A stretch of 64,000 bases of DNA. Origin: Alphaproteobacteria bacterium (GTDB lineage: Bacteria > Pseudomonadota > Alphaproteobacteria > SHVP01). This document shows, in pieces, positions 62,935-64,000 of this stretch (position 1 is the first letter of the stretch; each line of letters starts with the position of its first letter). A model generated the notes under the pieces. That model was not told the DNA's origin. It was given only the letters and a program-made list of their open reading frames with translations, and ran no database searches. The position numbers and the translations under genes are program-made. The DNA is taken from positions 19,019 to 83,018 of the forward strand of contig JAVJOO010000004.1 of the NCBI GenBank assembly GCA_040216735.1, in the 5' to 3' direction.

Positions 62935-64000
62935 TCAAACGAAATCGATGTGTTTGTTCATCGGCATTTCGCGAATCCGGATGCCCGTGGCGGCGAAGAT
63001 CGCGTTAGCCAGCGCGGGCGCCGCCGGCGGGACGGGTGGCTCGCCGATACCGCGCACATTGCGGGCGGTCTCCAACCCACGCACAAGGATTTCCGGGCAC
63101 TGATAGAGCCGCATGCCCTCGTGGGCGTGATAGTTGGATTGCTCGGCTATTCCGTCGGCATAGGTAATTTCGCAGTTGATCGCATGGCCGAGCCCCCAGA
63201 CCACGCCGCCCTTGACGTTGTTGTCGAAATTGATTGGGTCCACAATCGTCCCGACGTCGGCCGCGACATAAACCTTATCGACCTTGATTCCTTTGTCGGT
63301 GTTGGTGACCTCGATTACCTCCGCGCAGGCTACGCCGAAACTTTCCACGATCGCGATGCCGCGCCCGCGGTTCGGCTCCAGAGCCGTCCCCCAGTTGGAC
63401 ATCTCCGCTACCGCCTCAAGAACGCCCCGGGCAATATCGTGGTTGCATAGCCGCAACCGTTCTTCCATGGGATCGGCGTTGGCGGCGTGAATCAGCTCGT
63501 CGAGAAAGCCCTCGGCAAAGAAGCCTGCGGTTGAAGCGCCCACCGACCGCCAGGAACTGGTCGGGGCCAGTTCTGGCACGCGGTAGCCCCGGACCCGGAG
63601 ATTCTCTATCGCGTAGGGCATGTTCCAGGCACCCGCGGGGATCTGCGTGTCCGGCCCCGGAACGGTTTGGCCCAGGCGCAGGCTTTGGGAGGTGGCTGCG
63701 GACACTGTTGCAATCGAGATATCCGCGGTGCGCACGCGGCCGTCGGCCACGGCGCCGGCCATTCGGGCCATGCCGATCTGACGCGGAAAATCGTGGGCGA
63801 AATCCTCTTCACGCGAATAGGTCAGTTTGACCGGCGTCCCCTTCATTTGACGTGCAATCTCGGCCGCGTAGCGGACGTTCTCGAATTCCAGCCGATGGCC
63901 GAAGCTCCCGCCGACATACTGGTTGTGGAGATGGACGTTTCCCGCCGGAAGCCCAACGATATCGGCCACAATATCTTGCGCGAACCGTGGCAGTTGGTGC
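62935..64000 (-). CDS. molybdopterin-dependent oxidoreductase large (beta) subunit, isoquinoline 1-oxidoreductase/aldehyde oxidase IorB-like; 5' end outside window
   Basis: The frame is open to the window edge. GGSFGHRLE, SWRSVGASTAGFFAEGFLDEL, DPINFDNNVKGGVVWGLGHA and GIGEPPVPPAAPALANAIFAATG are typical of the xanthine-dehydrogenase-family Moco domain. Confidence 0.85.
   Translation of the reverse strand, partial: HQLPRFAQDIVADIVGLPAGNVHLHNQYVGGSFGHRLEFENVRYAAEIARQMKGTPVKLTYSREEDFAHDFPRQIGMARMAGAVADGRVRTADISIATVSAATSQSLRLGQTVPGPDTQIPAGAWNMPYAIENLRVRGYRVPELAPTSSWRSVGASTAGFFAEGFLDELIHAANADPMEERLRLCNHDIARGVLEAVAEMSNWGTALEPNRGRGIAIVESFGVACAEVIEVTNTDKGIKVDKVYVAADVGTIVDPINFDNNVKGGVVWGLGHAINCEITYADGIAEQSNYHAHEGMRLYQCPEILVRGLETARNVRGIGEPPVPPAAPALANAIFAATGIRIREMPMNKHIDFV

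Noticed and set aside
1-64000. A search for CRISPR arrays, IS elements, rRNA, additional tRNAs, toxin-antitoxin pairs and known defence-system genes.
   Set aside because: I saw no regularly spaced repeats, no transposase- or integrase-like ORFs, no rRNA-like sequence and no second tRNA T-arm motif. No small two-gene cassettes or nuclease/helicase/methylase combinations typical of defence systems are present, and the only helicase is a housekeeping-type DEAD-box RhlE. This was inspection by eye only.

Overview
The window is a GC-rich, densely coding chromosomal segment. Gene content and order suggest an alphaproteobacterium, but that is inference; no marker such as rRNA is present. I call 55 protein genes, one frameshifted pseudogene and one tRNA-Pro(UGG). 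I found no rRNA, CRISPR array, transposase, integrase or phage gene.

Gene order, left to right:
- 1-2288: the tail of a respiratory nitrate reductase operon (narH', narJ, narI).
- 2506-5911: a hemerythrin-domain gene and a Kef-type antiporter/tandem-Usp operon.
- 6135-6420: an orphan 61-aa excisionase-type HTH gene behind a strikingly AT-rich array with 10-bp phasing.
- 6572-21027: a peptide-type locus. It holds an M14 carboxypeptidase, an esterase, a Dpp/Opp-type ABC system with a fused double ATPase, one HyuA plus two tandem HyuB paralogues, and an M20 peptidase.
- 21178-28419: a TRAP transporter, a convergent pair of paralogous SAM methyltransferases with long N-terminal extensions, and a GMC oxidoreductase.
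- 28420-30431: a DEAD-box helicase gene behind a ~600-bp leader that is AT-rich and repeat-bearing in its central part (about 28561-28735).
- 30613-44851: a 13-gene same-strand redox/transport array plus a divergent acetoacetate-decarboxylase-family gene. The array holds a FadH/TMADH-type Fe-S flavoprotein, a GMC oxidoreductase, a TauD dioxygenase, two unknowns, a second Dpp-type ABC system and an FAD-linked oxidase.
- 44892-55972: GST, a TPP enzyme, the complete ccoNOQP-ccoGHIS cbb3 oxidase cluster and a DUF2189-like membrane protein. ccoQ and ccoS are under 60 aa and absent from the ORF track. Two perfect FNR/FixK-type boxes bracket the cco cluster.
- 56085-64000: a second GST, a class-V aminotransferase, alpha/beta hydrolases (one with Ala at the nucleophile position, one frameshifted), two tandem bicupins, tRNA-Pro, and an IorB-type molybdoenzyme subunit with a dihaem cytochrome c.

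The best candidates for undescribed biology are the uncharacterised catabolic modules: the HyuA/HyuB/HyuB' locus, the TRAP+methyltransferase-pair locus, and the TauD-unknown-unknown core of the 13-gene array. Also notable are the phased-repeat/HTH module and the near-total absence of transcription regulators. All functional calls rest on motif and family recognition by eye; no database search was possible.
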